DNA of 64,000 nucleotides from Perkinsus olseni (GCA_013115125.1 JABANN010000109.1:1-64000), one strand, 5' to 3'; positions 32,752 to 45,239 are shown, counted from the stretch's first letter. Notes: generated by a model from the sequence alone, not told the origin. Numbers and translations: made by a program.

Positions 32752-33705
32752 CTACTTGCTGGCGAAGTCAACGCCTCTCTTAATATCTCCCTTGAGCTTG
32801 TCACACACCTCCTTGATCCTCTTCGTCTCATGCTCGTTGAGATTCTTGATCTCGTGAACTTTCTGCAAACCCTCTGGGCCGAAGTCGCACTTGTAGGCGA
32901 AGAAAGACACATCCCCGTAAGGCACATTAACGAAGGCGCAGGCGGTGGTGGTACTGCCTCTCAGTCCGCGAATAGCGACATCAGCGAACTTTGCAGCCGC
33001 TAGGGCCATGGCGAGGGTGGCAGATCCAGCACCAGCCTTGGCGTTAACAACATCGGTACCGGCGTTCTGAACGTGGTCGTCCAAAGCAAGAACAGTGTCG
33101 TGATCGATCTTAATCTCGGGAATGCAATGCGAGAAAACGGGCATGATGGTTACACCGGCATGCCCACCGATAACCGGGACGTCCACTTTGCTCACATCCA
33201 AGCCGAACTTCTCCGCGACGAACGTGTTGGCCCGGGTAACATCCAGGAGAGATACTCCGATGACCTTGCGATGATCGTAAACACCGGCCTTCTTGTACAC
33301 CTCCGCGGCGATGGGGACCGTCGAGTTCACGGGGTTAGTCACGATAAGCAGCATAGCCTTGGGAGCGTACTGGGCACTGGCCTTAGCGAGGTCCCTTACA
33401 ATCCCCGCGTTAATGTTGAAGAGGTCGTCCCTGGTCATACCGGGCTTGCGGGGAACCCCAGCAGTGATGATGACTACGTCAGAGCCAGTGAGAGCCGCCT
33501 CGATCTCCTCCAAACCAGCATACCCCTTCACTTGAGCAGGAGTGTTGATGTGGCTCACATCCGCAGCAACACCGGCAGCTGGGGTACGAGCTTGAGGGAT
33601 ATCGTAGAGAGCCAACTCTGTTATCATTGGGTTCATCTTCAACAGCAGAGCCAGCGGCTGGCCAATACCGCCAGAAGCACCGAGCAGGGCAACCTTAGTC
33701 GACAT
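32752..33705 (-). CDS. MDH: NAD-dependent malate dehydrogenase (mitochondrial/glyoxysomal type), intronless
   Basis: [67 protein letters not shown]; single 317-aa ORF. Confidence 0.97.
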   Translation of the reverse strand: MSTKVALLGASGGIGQPLALLLKMNPMITELALYDIPQARTPAAGVAADVSHINTPAQVKGYAGLEEIEAALTGSDVVIITAGVPRKPGMTRDDLFNINAGIVRDLAKASAQYAPKAMLLIVTNPVNSTVPIAAEVYKKAGVYDHRKVIGVSLLDVTRANTFVAEKFGLDVSKVDVPVIGGHAGVTIMPVFSHCIPEIKIDHDTVLALDDHVQNAGTDVVNAKAGAGSATLAMALAAAKFADVAIRGLRGSTTTACAFVNVPYGDVSFFAYKCDFGPEGLQKVHEIKNLNEHETKRIKEVCDKLKGDIKRGVDFASK

Positions 33706-34245
33706 TTATGAAAATGGGGAACCTTAGACGGGATGAAAGTCGGCACTTGCGAGTTAAAGTTTATCCGAAGCGATGAGCACTCGCCAAGGAGCTCTGCTTG
33801 TGCATGCGTGCATGCGGATCGGCGTGCACCGCTGACAAACCTCCGCCCCGTGCGTTCTTCTGCTGTGGCGGAGCATATGCAAGCGTAAAGTGGAAGACCT
33901 TTACTAATCGCCTGCGTGTCTCGTTCCCACCGTTTGATTTCCCATCGGAGATCGATTAACCACACTCTCGAGTCTGATTGCACTTAAAAAGTTTGTCCAC
34001 GCGTGCAAAAGTGCGGCCGCAACTGCACGTGTCATGGTCTGCAAGCACAGGCGGGTCCGCTTGTGAGACAGAAGGTCCTCAGATGGCCCGGCTGTCAGGT
34101 AGAGGGTGGCTTTCTATCGACCATGATGCTGGCAAGAGTTTCGGGAGGCGTGGTGGAGACGAGCACTTCCCGGGTCTCCTCTGATAAGTATCCGGCAACT
34201 CAACCGTCTCGCTTCTCTTTAGAAAGTATATTAACGTAAGGCGGA

Positions 34246-36644
34246 CTATTCATCTCTCCGTGGTCGCTTTCTTTCCCGACTGCGTTCTCTGTGATCTCGA
34301 TCAGAGGGTCTCCGATCTCTGTCTCTCCTCTCCCTCTCCCGATGGTCTCGGCCGTGACCTCGATCACGGTCACCTTCGCGATCTGAAAAAAAGTATCACG
34401 ACTTGGCGAGGGGCCGTTGTGAAAGATCTTCATTCGCGTCCAACGCGCCGTAGGCTATCAAGGGAAGTGCCTCACCTCTGCCAGAGCGGGATGAGTGCCT
34501 GTCGGAATCACGTTCCTCTTCCTTCATAGGAGCTCCCCATCCGCGACTCAGGTTCCCTCCTAAGACAAGGCTGCGTACCATACTAGAAGCAGCCTGACAT
34601 CCTTACGTGAAGAGGACTCCCGCCAGCTTCGAGCGTCTCCCCAACTACTTCGCCCGTGCTCAGATCGGGAACTGTGAGACTCCCTGTCGCCTGAAGCAAT
34701 CGGGAATGAGGAGACCGTGGCGAATGAGGGGCCGCCTACGAGACAGCGATCGCCTCCGGTGACTGCGATCTGCCCTGTTCCAACTCCAATCGCTCCTTTT
34801 TCTGAGAGCGGAAAGTACGCCGCCCTTGACTGCAGTGAGGTCCCTCACCTCTCGTCACCACCTTTACTCTGCGGGGCTGCCCAACTCGCGCCTGATGACC
34901 TGAACGAAAGAGAGACTGTACGAACACAAGGCTGCTGTCTCTGCACCTATTGGCAGGAGCTTGATGCCTCAAAGCCGCCCAGCCGCTCGGACACTTCTGT
35001 GCCTCGTCGCCCTACACCCAAGGAAAGAGTGATGACGGAAGGGTGCTTGATGACGTGGCCTACGTGACGGCCCCTCACAGGGGCTCCCCAACCTGAGCCT
35101 GCCTCTGCGGCCTCAGGCTTGACACTCCATGCACTTGCGGCGCCTTGACCCGCCCAAGCTGACGGAGGGAAAGTATTCGTTTTCTCGACATATTTTCACC
35201 CTACCTGATTCCTGCTTCTCGGGAGCGCCCCATGCGCCTGATACAAAGTGGATAACAGTACCACCCCTGACGAGTGTCCTCAATCTCACCTCTAGACTGA
35301 TCCCCCGAGGGGGCCCACCACGACGGCTGGCCTGGTGGCGGAGGCGGAGGGGGAGGCGACGGTGCCCTCATAGCCGGCGGTGGAGGAGGCGGAGGTGCGC
35401 CTCCAGGCAGTCTGGATGGATACCACGCATGGAACCCCCTGGGGTTGCATTCAATCTCCACTACCTATTGTCCACTCGGCTGCCTGGCGGGGGTGGAGGC
35501 GGAGGTGGCGGCGGTGGGGGCGGTTGTTGCTGACGGTTCGGCTTCAGCTCTTGGATCGACGTCCGCAGTAAATCCTCAGGCATTCTGGGGACGTACTCAA
35601 AGACGTTGGGTACACACTCGCGAAGGTACCAATCCGGCACCAGATCAGGCAGCATCTGCCGACCGTGTCTGAGAGAACGAGGCTGTCTCCGGCAAAGGAA
35701 CCCCGCCGGCGCGGTCGGATGTGCAGGGCATCCGACCTCACCAATTGAGACGCGTTGTGTCGGGTGTGGTACTAAGAGTATCGTATTCAAGGCTCATGTG
35801 AGGTCACCTACTTTTCATGTCGCAGCCGGCACATGTTTCCGAGTCGACAGAACCCGTACTTATACCTGCCGGAGGGTTGTGGATGCCCGGAACTTGCCAG
35901 ACATAGAAGATGGATCTCACTTTTGGCACTCCACTGTCTCGATATCGTGACGCAGCTCGCAGTCCTTCTCGGTGCATCGACCGTGCTTCACCCAGGCGAC
36001 GCATTCGGGCATCCGATTGACGTCGTATCTCAGGTTGACCAACGCACTCGACGAAAACCCGAGTGCTGGAGCGTCTTACTGGTGTAGAAAATCACACTTG
36101 TCGCCTTTCATGCACAGCGTCTTCAGCCAATGCTTGCACACGCTGAAATACTTCCCCCTCGTTCCCGGCCTTGACTCCAGCGACCCTAAGAATCACACAA
36201 CAACGTCCCCAGGGAGCGGTCAGAAGGGACGTCCCCCCGGCTCACCTAAGCTGCCGACTTCCTTCAGCATCGCTTCGCTCTTGACCTCGTCAATAGCGCG
36301 AAGATCCTCTTCGAAATCGAACTCGAGGGCGTCTGCACGAGGACTCCCGGGATGCTACTGATACCGCCATCAGTACCTTCGTCCGTCGCATCGGTCTCGG
36401 CCTCTTCCCATGACCCCTCATCCGTAATTGGAGACGGAGCGGGTAGGTACGTGACACTCCTATTGGCCGTAGGGGGAGGCGTCACCGGTGGAGGTGGTTG
36501 AAATTGCGTCCGAGGCTGCCGGTTGGAATCAAGCTAGGCCCTAGCACCCTCTACTACCTGCATCATCTTCCCTGGCGGCAGAGGAGGCGGGGGTGGCTGA
36601 TTTGGGGTGGCCGGCAAGGCCGACGGTGGCAGGAACGACGCCAT
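34246..36644 (-). CDS. CPSF4: CPSF30/YTH1-like CCCH zinc-finger protein with Pro-rich and Arg/Asp-rich tails
   Basis: Spliced VCKHWLKTLCMKGDKCDFLHQ|YDVNRMPECVAWVKHGRCTEKDCELRHDIETVECQK|YKYGFCRLGNMCRLRH; ends RDRDRRPSDRDHRERSRERKRPRRDE*. Confidence 0.8.
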
Positions 36645-36671
36645 GTTGGAGCTCCAAGTCCTAACGAACTG

Positions 36672-38029
36672 TCAACCAAAAAGAATGTCTAGGTACTGCA
36701 AAACAAGGCCAAGTCCAGCCAATAGGAAACGTAATAATGCAGAATGGACGTAGAATGGTGATCATCTCCGCGGTGGCATGGGCACTGGTCGCCAGTCCCA
36801 GTAGTCACGCTCACTGAGTGCAACGTGCTCAGGATCATACCTGATGACACGCACCTGGTAGGCCACAGCCAGCTGGTCAGCGACTACCTTTCAGGGGGAA
36901 GTGTGGTACTGCGCTGTATCTCTTCCGTGATACCAAATTTTTCGAACATCTGACGCAGAACCTCACAACCTGACCTCCCCAAAGCTGCTACCTCGTCGGT
37001 CCACTTGGGGTTGTGGAACTTCCTATTAGCCATTAAAAACGTATGGACATACCTCCCAGCCTTGGCCTGTCGCTTTAGATTCGCAATGTTTCTCCGCGCT
37101 AACAGAGCAAAATCCGACGGCCGAGCCCCAGCCAGAAAAACCCACGGTAGTACCTTCCGCCGAGCATCGTCCCTTTGCGTTCATCCTAGCTTGCTCGAAA
37201 TACCTAGAACGACCTCTGCGGCTCCAGATGAGGGCGAGAGCAGTACGTGTGAGCATCGGGGGCGTCCCGGACCCGTTCCACCTCCTCCGGCGTGGAAGGC
37301 TCGCTAGATGGTGACCCCAGTGAAACCGACAACGACTGAGAGTCACAACGTCATTACTATCAATACGCGTTCTCTCTCTTACTTCAGCAACCGCGCTCCC
37401 ATTGGACCCTCTGACTGCAGCCGCATAGCGACCCGCGGAAAGTGCCGACGCCGGTGTCTCATCGCCGGGCTTCGGCTCGGTTGATCCATCCTGAAATCCA
37501 CTCAATAAGTGCAAGCAGCGACCAGCCATAAGGTCATTACATTGACGGCAGGTCGGATATCATCAATCGTGGTATCGCCATGCCGTTCGCACCCATCGAT
37601 TCGCCCTCGGTTATCGTCAACGCTCACGGCCTCCTCAGGGGCGCTAGACGAAGGGGGACCCCGACTGGGCACTGGTGACGCTACTCTGACAAGTTACCGT
37701 CCGAGTACACTTGACCGAAGGCGCAGGTGGACAAATTCAACGACTATCAACCTATACCGAGTAACATCATTAACAATGAAGTCTTAGCGACGTCCGCTAC
37801 GTACGACTAGTCCCAGCTCCCCCAGAGTGAACCCCTATTCTTCCGCTCTCGGATTCCCAGAGACGCTGATTTCTCGTGAGTTATGGCAGTAATCGTTTGA
37901 CTGAGGACCCCTCCTTCCCTACTACTGTGTCTCTTTGATTGCTGTATCCTCAGCAGGGCGGAGATCCTCATCGCTATCGGAGTCGCTGGACGATAGCGAG
38001 CTGCTACTCGAGTAGCCGCCTAGAATCAT
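36672..38029 (-). CDS. Hypothetical multi-exon protein with Ser/acidic N-terminus
   Basis: MILGGYSSSSSLSSSDSDSDEDLRP start and short exons bounded by GT/AG; may be joined to the CPSF30 gene. Confidence 0.4.
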
Positions 38030-38331
38030 GATACTGCGAAGGCGAAAAGCTGGAACTTAGTGGGTCGCTGAAATGCTCATCCGGGGATCCTTGCAACGCC
38101 GAGATTTCTCTGACAGCATTCCAACTCACAACAAAACGCAGGTGATCTCTTCAAATGTGATAGTATGAAAATTTGAGTTGAAATCGGTACTGGTTGCTGA
38201 CAAACTACCGGGCTAATCAGAAACCATACAGGTAGCGACCATTGACGGGAAGCACGTGGCAATCCAGCGGCCTCCACCGTTCCCCAAGAATAATTCTACG
38301 GCGACCAGGACCAGCGTCATCACCGGCCAAT

Positions 38332-39093
38332 CTACGTACGTTCAGGCTCGGCAGCCTTCCTGCTTCTAATATATACTTTTGGGGCAGCGGAAAAGGACTC
38401 CTGGGAACCCGCGAGCCCAAAATCCTCAGGCTTCTCATCCTCGCCTCTAACAAAAGTTTTCACCACCTTTAAGATACGACCAGCCCACACTGCGGAGATT
38501 CCCAGAATTACCAGGCAGCTCACTTTGACCTCTATCGGAGTCGTCGGACTGCCGCAGAGCCACGTCGCCAAGTACGGCGCAACAATCATGCGACCGACCA
38601 GAAACAAAGCGGCGAACATCGCCTGTGACGCCAACGCAAAGAGGGAGCCCTCTGGGGCTATGCCTGTTTGGAAAAGATAGAGCCAAGGCGTTGAGAGCTC
38701 TGCAACGAAGAGGAAGCAAGCCAGCTGGTAGCCGGCGTAACCAGAGTACAGGGCTGCGAGTTGGCCCCATACTACTGTAATGTGATGGAAGGAACCCACG
38801 AAGTCGTGCAGCACCATTAGGCATAGAATGGCGTCCAGGACAAAGTAGGCCAGCGAGAAGGCCAACATGTTGGCCTGTGATTGCGTGGAGGGTTCGACAA
38901 AGTCCCAGTCGTCTCTTGCCAGGATCATACCACACCAAACGGAAATTATGAGAGAGTGTGCGACAGACAAGCACACTGATGCTTGGAAGGACGTTAGTTT
39001 GATACCCTTCTCTGCCAGCAAATATATCGAGGTGAAAAAGCCGAAGGATACAAGGGTGGTCTGTAGATGCCAGCTGGGCGAGGGATTGAACAT
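38332..39093 (-). CDS. TLC (TRAM/LAG1/CLN8) domain membrane protein 1, intronless
   Basis: Multi-TM 253-aa ORF with SVAHS, SLAYFVLD, FHH, AELSTPWL, FAALFLVGR. Confidence 0.88.
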   Translation of the reverse strand: MFNPSPSWHLQTTLVSFGFFTSIYLLAEKGIKLTSFQASVCLSVAHSLIISVWCGMILARDDWDFVEPSTQSQANMLAFSLAYFVLDAILCLMVLHDFVGSFHHITVVWGQLAALYSGYAGYQLACFLFVAELSTPWLYLFQTGIAPEGSLFALASQAMFAALFLVGRMIVAPYLATWLCGSPTTPIEVKVSCLVILGISAVWAGRILKVVKTFVRGEDEKPEDFGLAGSQESFSAAPKVYIRSRKAAEPERT

Positions 39094-39180
39094 ATTTTAA
39101 AAATAACCTGCGGGGAAGAGTGTACTCACTATTGAATTCTATACGCTTTCTGTAGGCTCTATTTTGATGTAACAAGAAAG

Positions 39181-39258
39181 TGACGGGCCCAGGGATCGAA
39201 CCGGGGTGTCTCACCCCAGCGAGAGATAAGCGCGCTCGCCCAGTGTGAGCGAAGCGCT
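39181..39258 (-). ncRNA. tRNA-derived element (pseudo-tRNA / SINE head)
   Basis: D-arm GCTC-ACACTGGGC-GAGC (A box), T-arm CCCGG-TTCGATC-CCTGG (B box); acceptor stem does not pair and there is no canonical anticodon arm. Confidence 0.6.
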
Positions 39259-39274
39259 GATGATGATTAGTATA

Positions 39275-39472
39275 TACACCCCTCCACAAATTCTTAGCAT
39301 ATCCGGTTTTTCGACTCGTGCAGTGTCACCTGGACGAGTACGGAACTGCAACTCAAGGAGGTTTATTCTTATGCTTCCCAGGATATAACTTCCAAGTTTC
39401 AGAGCCTAACTCTTCATAGTTACTGAGAACTCGAAAAGTCGTAAAAAATTTTCTCCACAAATTCTTAGCATA
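39275..39472 (+). mobile_element. Possible IR/DR-type Tc1/mariner terminus (solo)
   Basis: TA|CACCC start and identical 20-nt direct repeat CTCCACAAATTCTTAGCATA at 39282 and 39453. Confidence 0.4.
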
Positions 39473-40077
39473 CACGGCTTAAAATTGCGCCTCAAAATAC
39501 CAACTTTTACTCGGGAACTACTTTTACAACTTTGCATCTGATCTAATGCGGTACACCAGTGGAGAGAGCGTCTTTCAAAAAGCTATCCTTCTATGTTTCA
39601 TCTCAATATTCGAAGGCAGAAGCCTGCTAGTGGGTCGTGAGGTCTGAGCACTCCCTAAATGGCGCGTTTCACACCTTATTTCGGCGCGATTTAGTGAGTA
39701 TCGGCTATCCTGGTGAGTTTTGGCTGGATGGCTGGTGGTAGAGACCGGAGAAGGCCAACTTGGCGCCCTCTGAATGGGAACAGAAAAGAATGGGCAGATT
39801 TTTTCCGCGGATTCCTGACTTTGTTGGCGAAGTGGAATCATTGTCTGAAATCCATGCCCCCGCCGGGATTCGCCGTTAGAGCTGGGGTCGGCAGATTTGG
39901 ACATTTTGGCGTTTTCGTGATGAACGTAGGTTCTGCCAAGTTGGCAAAAGTGGCAGATTACGCCACGGTGTAACTTGCACCACCGTGGAGCCTGCTTCCC
40001 ATTCATTCCACGGAGCACTGGCGGATGACAGACCAATGCATGTTCATTCCATAGGACAAAACGAGGACCATAGCGGA

Positions 40078-40122
40078 GTTAGTCTAGGCCGCCTAGACTA
40101 ACACGCCTAGACTAGGCGTGTT
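40078..40122. repeat. Two overlapping perfect palindromes
   Basis: GTTAGTCTAGGC-c-GCCTAGACTAAC (12 bp) and AACACGCCTAG-a-CTAGGCGTGTT (11 bp). Confidence 0.85.
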
Positions 40123-41499
40123 CGCGTACTCCCCAGGGTCTGGACAGTGTCCAGGGCAGACATACAGTAGTCCGTCTGGCAGAACCTTCATTTATACCAT
40201 GTTTCCTACACATCGTCTGTGCTACTAGGCTCCTCTGTGATCTTCTCAAGTTGAGACGTTGAGGGCTTTCAGACAATAGTGTCCCATTTAAGTCAACACG
40301 CTTCAGCCCTCTCGCCGAGGGCTTCAGAAGCCTATGAATTGGGTGTATTATGCATTCAACGAAGCTTTGTCAATGCGTTTATTGAATATTACTCAACTGC
40401 CTTGCTTCAAGATCCCATGATTTTGCTTGTTAAAGCCGGCCTATGTCAGCGCAAAGCCCACACTAACAGCAGTTAAAAAAGTATAGTAACTACTGATGAT
40501 TCGACTCCGAAGGTTTCAGCAGCCGAGATCTCTGCTTTCCCGCTTTGACCTTGCCACGAGGTCCTTCTGATAACTATTCGGTGCCGGTTAAGTCTGCTCA
40601 TAATGCTCTCTGAGAGTAATGCAGGTTCTATGCATTTCTGATAATGACGCGTTCTATCTGCAGGGAGGTGTCTCGTAGACGTGATGCTGAATGGCTGGTA
40701 GAAGCAACGAAAGACCCCCATGTGAGGAATGACATTCACCGCAGCCCTTCGTAGAGTGTGATGGTATGAAGTCTCTGAGTGCTCAGGCACCAAACATACC
40801 ACATGGGCACATGATACCATAATGGGTATCCGTATCCACTTGAGAAACATTCCTCGCACACCAACGCCCAATAGAATACCTTTGAACTTCCGTATGACCG
40901 AAAAACAATAGCACTGAGTTGTCAACGAGATTGAGAATGAGACAACAAATACGACGAACTCGAAGAGCATATCCGTCACGATGACGTGATCACTGATCAG
41001 AGTGCTAGTCTAAGCGATACGCGTGAATCGAACTTACCCAGTCCATCCACACTGTAGAGTCGACAGTCATTGCCATGAAACGCCTACGCGATAGAAAGGT
41101 AATCAGCCGGGCTAGTCCAGTCCGACTTTAGGCCAGTAGTGATCCGGAAAAGGGAAGTAGTCTCGGACTACTAATCTGCTAGTAGTCTGAATAGTGATGC
41201 CCCATTCAATCACTGACTTCCGCGAGGCCACCTCTGCATCACTAGTGAGACACTCGGAAGTCAAGGCAACAACTATCCATCCCTACTTCGCGACCAATCC
41301 ACCCCGTTTTCTGTATTGGCAACTCTCTTCGCGTTCCCGAAGAAGTTTTCCGTTCCACTCAACACTGCCAGCCTGGCAGTACCAGGTCAATGACCTGAGG
41401 TCATTGAGAGCCCCATCTCGTGTGATGACTATCCTCATTAGTAATGAGTCATTATCCGAGCGGCATGAGAGTGTTCATGATGTCGACGTCACGGTGACA

Positions 41500-42026
41500 C
41501 GAAGTCGAGTGTTAAACTTTGTTGGCGAATTCAAGGCGCAAATGAACTCCGCCAAGCAGATTCGGACGACACACTTATGGCGGAATACGTTACCTAGCAG
41601 GTCCGGAAGTATTTTTAAGCGAAATCTGGACGGGCACCACATTTCACCGAACTTGGTGAATTCCCTGTGGCGAACTTCTCACCAAAATAACGCGTCATTT
41701 CAGGCGATTTTACGTAAAACCAGCAGAATTCGCCGAAACTTACCTCTAAATTAACTGGTTTCTGTTCCTAGCACAGGGGACACCAACCGTATCTTGGCGA
41801 AACCCAATCCCAACGACAGGTTTGAGCGCGCGGGCGAGCGCATTTCAAATTTTGGCGAAGCGCTATCAGCGAAAAGTATGGCCAAGTTCGGTTGGTCTCT
41901 GATCTGAGTTGGTGTTTTCCCGTCTGAGGGTGGCCTATACCAGCTTTCGCCAACCACGCGTTTGGACAACCGAAAAGGGGTTTTGCCAAGTTTGGTGAGT
42001 TGGCGAAACCTGGCGCTCCGTATATA
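41500..42026. repeat. Cluster of dispersed TTGGCGAA-type motifs, likely subterminal repeats of a non-autonomous DNA transposon
   Basis: Repeated TTGGCGAA / TTGGTGAA / TTCGCC variants in both orientations, ending at a TATATA. Confidence 0.45.
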
Positions 42027-43084
42027 TTCATTCATTTGTATATTGCTGAGTGGCTGCGTTGATGACGAGAATCACATCATGTGATGCTGTCATGCTGAAG
42101 TCCTCAGTTGCCGTTTTGCACTATTTACTCAACCCAGTATTTCTGCGTCTGTGGAGTTAGCTGCACAGCAGAGTGAAGGGAAGAAGGGCCAAGACAGGGT
42201 GGTTGAAATCCAAGGGCAAAAAGTATTGCCGAAGGCGAAGGCAGCACTCTTGTTCACGATGTCAAAACTTTTTCCGCGCGCGCCTCTTTCCTGCCGGGTT
42301 CTCGGTGGGGTTTCGGGTTTCCCTTTCTCGCAGTCCTTTGTTTCTTTTCTTGCCTTAGGAATGAGTTTTAACCTGCAGTTGAGATTGAAGCTAGTTATAC
42401 AGTTTCACTTGTGCTTAGAGTCAGTTAGGTAATTGCTGTAAGTGAGATGGTTTCAGTAAGGCCATCATAGAAGTGCTCCCGGCAGAGCAAGCATGCTTAG
42501 TAAGCGTAATACCACAACCCTCACTGAAACCGTTGAACGCGAGCGCGCATTCTCGCGCTAATCGGAGGATAATGAAATTTGGGAGACTTACACTTATCCG
42601 CTGTTGCTCATAGCCAACGCAAGACGGCAAGGAGTATAAACTTCATCTACCTAGTTCTATTCGGCGGTCTGGAGTATTGACAAGTATTCGGTAATGAAAC
42701 TGAGTTATAGCGATATTAGTGTCACCACTATACTGAATCAATAACTTTCCTCTGACACCATCAATATCGGCGGCACGCATGCGCATACCACACTGCACGC
42801 ATATACAAGGCAGAACTTGGCAGTCAGTGCGCATCAATCCTCAATTCGCGTAACGAGCAATACCTTCACCTCCGAGTAGTGAAGTACTAAGACGATGAGA
42901 TGAAGGATAAGGGGAGCAAAAAATGACGAGGGAAGCAAAAAATGATGAGGGATTCTCAGCCGTGATGACAATAGCGAGCAGTTTCCCAAACGAGTGTGAA
43001 GCGGTCAGCTAAGAAGAATTAATCGCAGATAGAGGATGAAGGATCATGAAGATCCGATATCGCTCGAGTCCCGAGGGGCAAACC

Positions 43085-43501
43085 TCATTTAATGCACCAC
43101 TTGGGGGATAAGACGTACTCCTTGCTGCCTCCAACTGGATCAGTAATAGTGATAATATTTTGCTGCTTGTTGTAGGGCAGGACCTTCCACTTCTCGGGGT
43201 CGAGGTTGAACGTCGAGGCAAAGCTGGTAAAACTTCCCGAACTCACGTCGACCACGACGAAGGCACCCTTCGCTGTCCTGCTGCCAGTGTAGGAGATACC
43301 CCCGCTATAGTGCATCTTGAAGTGCCACCAGTGGCTGATGTACATTTGGTCCAGTGACTCCGTCTTGTGTTGGAACTGTAGTACCCAGCGGTGACCCTCG
43401 TACTCTACCTGCTGACTGCAGTACTTCGGACTAGCGGGATAATCCGCCTCGGTTGAGTACACAACGAAGGACACAACCAGATAGAAGATAGCGCTGTTCA
43501 T
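43085..43501 (-). CDS. Small secreted protein (138 aa), intronless
   Basis: Signal peptide MNSAIFYLVVSFVVYSTEA, two Cys (near N and C ends), beta-rich pattern; homologous copy next to it. Confidence 0.75.
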   Translation of the reverse strand: MNSAIFYLVVSFVVYSTEADYPASPKYCSQQVEYEGHRWVLQFQHKTESLDQMYISHWWHFKMHYSGGISYTGSRTAKGAFVVVDVSSGSFTSFASTFNLDPEKWKVLPYNKQQNIITITDPVGGSKEYVLSPKWCIK

Positions 43502-44212
43502 GGTGGAGCACTTGAGTCAGGAGAAAACTGTAGAAGAATAATTTATAAACGCCTGTTCAAGTTTACGCTACTATGGGAATGCCGATAGCGTTGTGGTAGT
43601 AGCTCAAATGAATTAGCTGAGTTCGTGTTTTCGTACGAGGTAGGCGCATGCTCTCCGCTCAGGGTGCTACTGTAGTGTCACGCTACAGACTCCGCTGTGA
43701 ATCTTCCAGCGTTCAGTCCTCGCTGTGACTTGTTTTGATTTCGGTACAAGAACTATAACTTTAACAGTATGCAGGAAACAGTTTGCTAAGTTTGCTGCTG
43801 ACCTAGCTGTTAGCAAAGTCGCATAAGCAACGGCATGCACTGTAGTGACAACATAGTCTATCATCGCTGCACTAACCTTTATCACAACTGCGTTTCATTA
43901 CAGTAGCATTAGATGATCTGATTCAGGTAACCGTCTGACCTCATTATGCGCCTTTCACTCGCGTGCATCAGTATACGTGCTACGCTAAGCTTAGTATGCT
44001 ATAGGTCCTACTAGAACCGTTGAACGCAAACGTGCACCCTCGCGCTAATCAGAGACGCGATGAAATTCGGGAGTGGTGAACATAAATTATGTTACATAAT
44101 AGCGAGCAGTTCTCTAAGCAATTGTGGAGCGGTCACCTGAATGGAATTGATCGCAGATAGAGAATGGGGAACCATGGAGATTCGACATGGTTCGAATCCC
44201 GATGGCCAAACA

Positions 44213-44417
44213 TCATTCTGAAGTAGTGCACCACTTGGGAGATAAGACGTACTCCTTGTTGCCTTCATCCGGATCGGTAATAGTGATAGTATCATGCTGC
44301 TTGTTGGTGACCCTCGTACTCCTTCTGCATACTGCAGTACTTCGCATTAGGAGGGAAATCCGCCTCGGTTAATCGTAGAGCGAAGGCTGGAACCAGGGAG
44401 AAGAAAGCGCTGTTCAT
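44213..44417 (-). pseudogene. Internally deleted, frameshifted duplicate of the 43085-43501 gene
   Basis: MNSAFFSLVPAFALRLTEADFPPNAKYCS... aligns to copy 1; the segment equivalent to 43173-43390 (218 nt) is missing; both flanks are also duplicated. Confidence 0.8.
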
Positions 44418-45190
44418 TGTGGAGTACTTGAGTCAGAAGAAAGCTGTAGAAGAATAACTTATGAATGCCTGTTCTAGTTTACGCTACTATGAGTATGCCG
44501 ATAGCGTTGCGATCATAGCTCAAATGAATTAGCTCAGTTCGCGTTTTCGTACAACGAACGCGCGTGCGTTCCATTTAAGTGGAGGGTACGTATTCCGATC
44601 CGCAGCGAAACTTTCAGCGTTCAGTTCTCGCAGTGACTTACACTGAGTTCGGTGCACAAAATACAACTCCGATAGTATACATCTAACCTGGAGATCATCT
44701 CCGATCATCTCCATCATCATGATGCTTGTGGTGGCACCTCGGGGCGAGGCTTGCCTGACGGTCGTGTACACAGCCCCCAGATGCGTAAGCGGATCCTGCC
44801 TGGACTCTTGCCTGGAAGGACGATCCGAGAGAGGCCGGCCTTCTTGTGAAGGCAGGTTCGAAACTCGCACGGCATCACATATGGCAGAAAGTGTTGGGAC
44901 AAAGCGCACGTGTACGAAAGACTTGTCTGAAAATCACTGAGCGAAAGAGCGGAGTAAGAGTATCATAAGACGTGGATAAAGGGATCGCCAATGTCGCATG
45001 TAACATGTAAGACCCGTGCCACCGCATCCATTCGTCCACTGGATGAATGAGATGCGTACGAAGGAAGCTGAATGGAAGTAACATAGACGAAACAATCAGG
45101 ATGAACCTCCTAGTAGCCGGAACAGTCGTGGATAAAATGCATGAAACAGCGATGTATGAATGAAGGTTCCCCGGCGCAAATGGCATTCGC

Positions 45191-45239
45191 GCCTGAGTCG
45201 TGGAGGGGCTATTGCCAAATGCCCCTCGACGACTCAGGC
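45191..45239. repeat. 19-bp GC-rich inverted repeat (hairpin)
   Basis: GCCTGAGTCGTGGAGGGGC ... GCCCCTCGACGACTCAGGC, one mismatch, 11-nt spacer. Confidence 0.85.

Noticed and set aside
33073-33711. 212-aa + strand ORF
   Set aside because: Antisense shadow of MDH
39181-39258. Functional tRNA gene
   Set aside because: Acceptor stem unpaired and no canonical anticodon loop; kept only as a tRNA-derived element
38447-39289. 280-aa - strand ORF overlapping the TLC gene
   Set aside because: Alternative frame with no protein-like features
39282-39472. CRISPR-like repeat
   Set aside because: Only two copies, 171 nt apart, in a eukaryotic context with no cas genes
40473-41754. ORFs of 168 aa and 186 aa
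   Set aside because: No recognisable motifs, non-ATG starts, and they overlap repeat-like DNA
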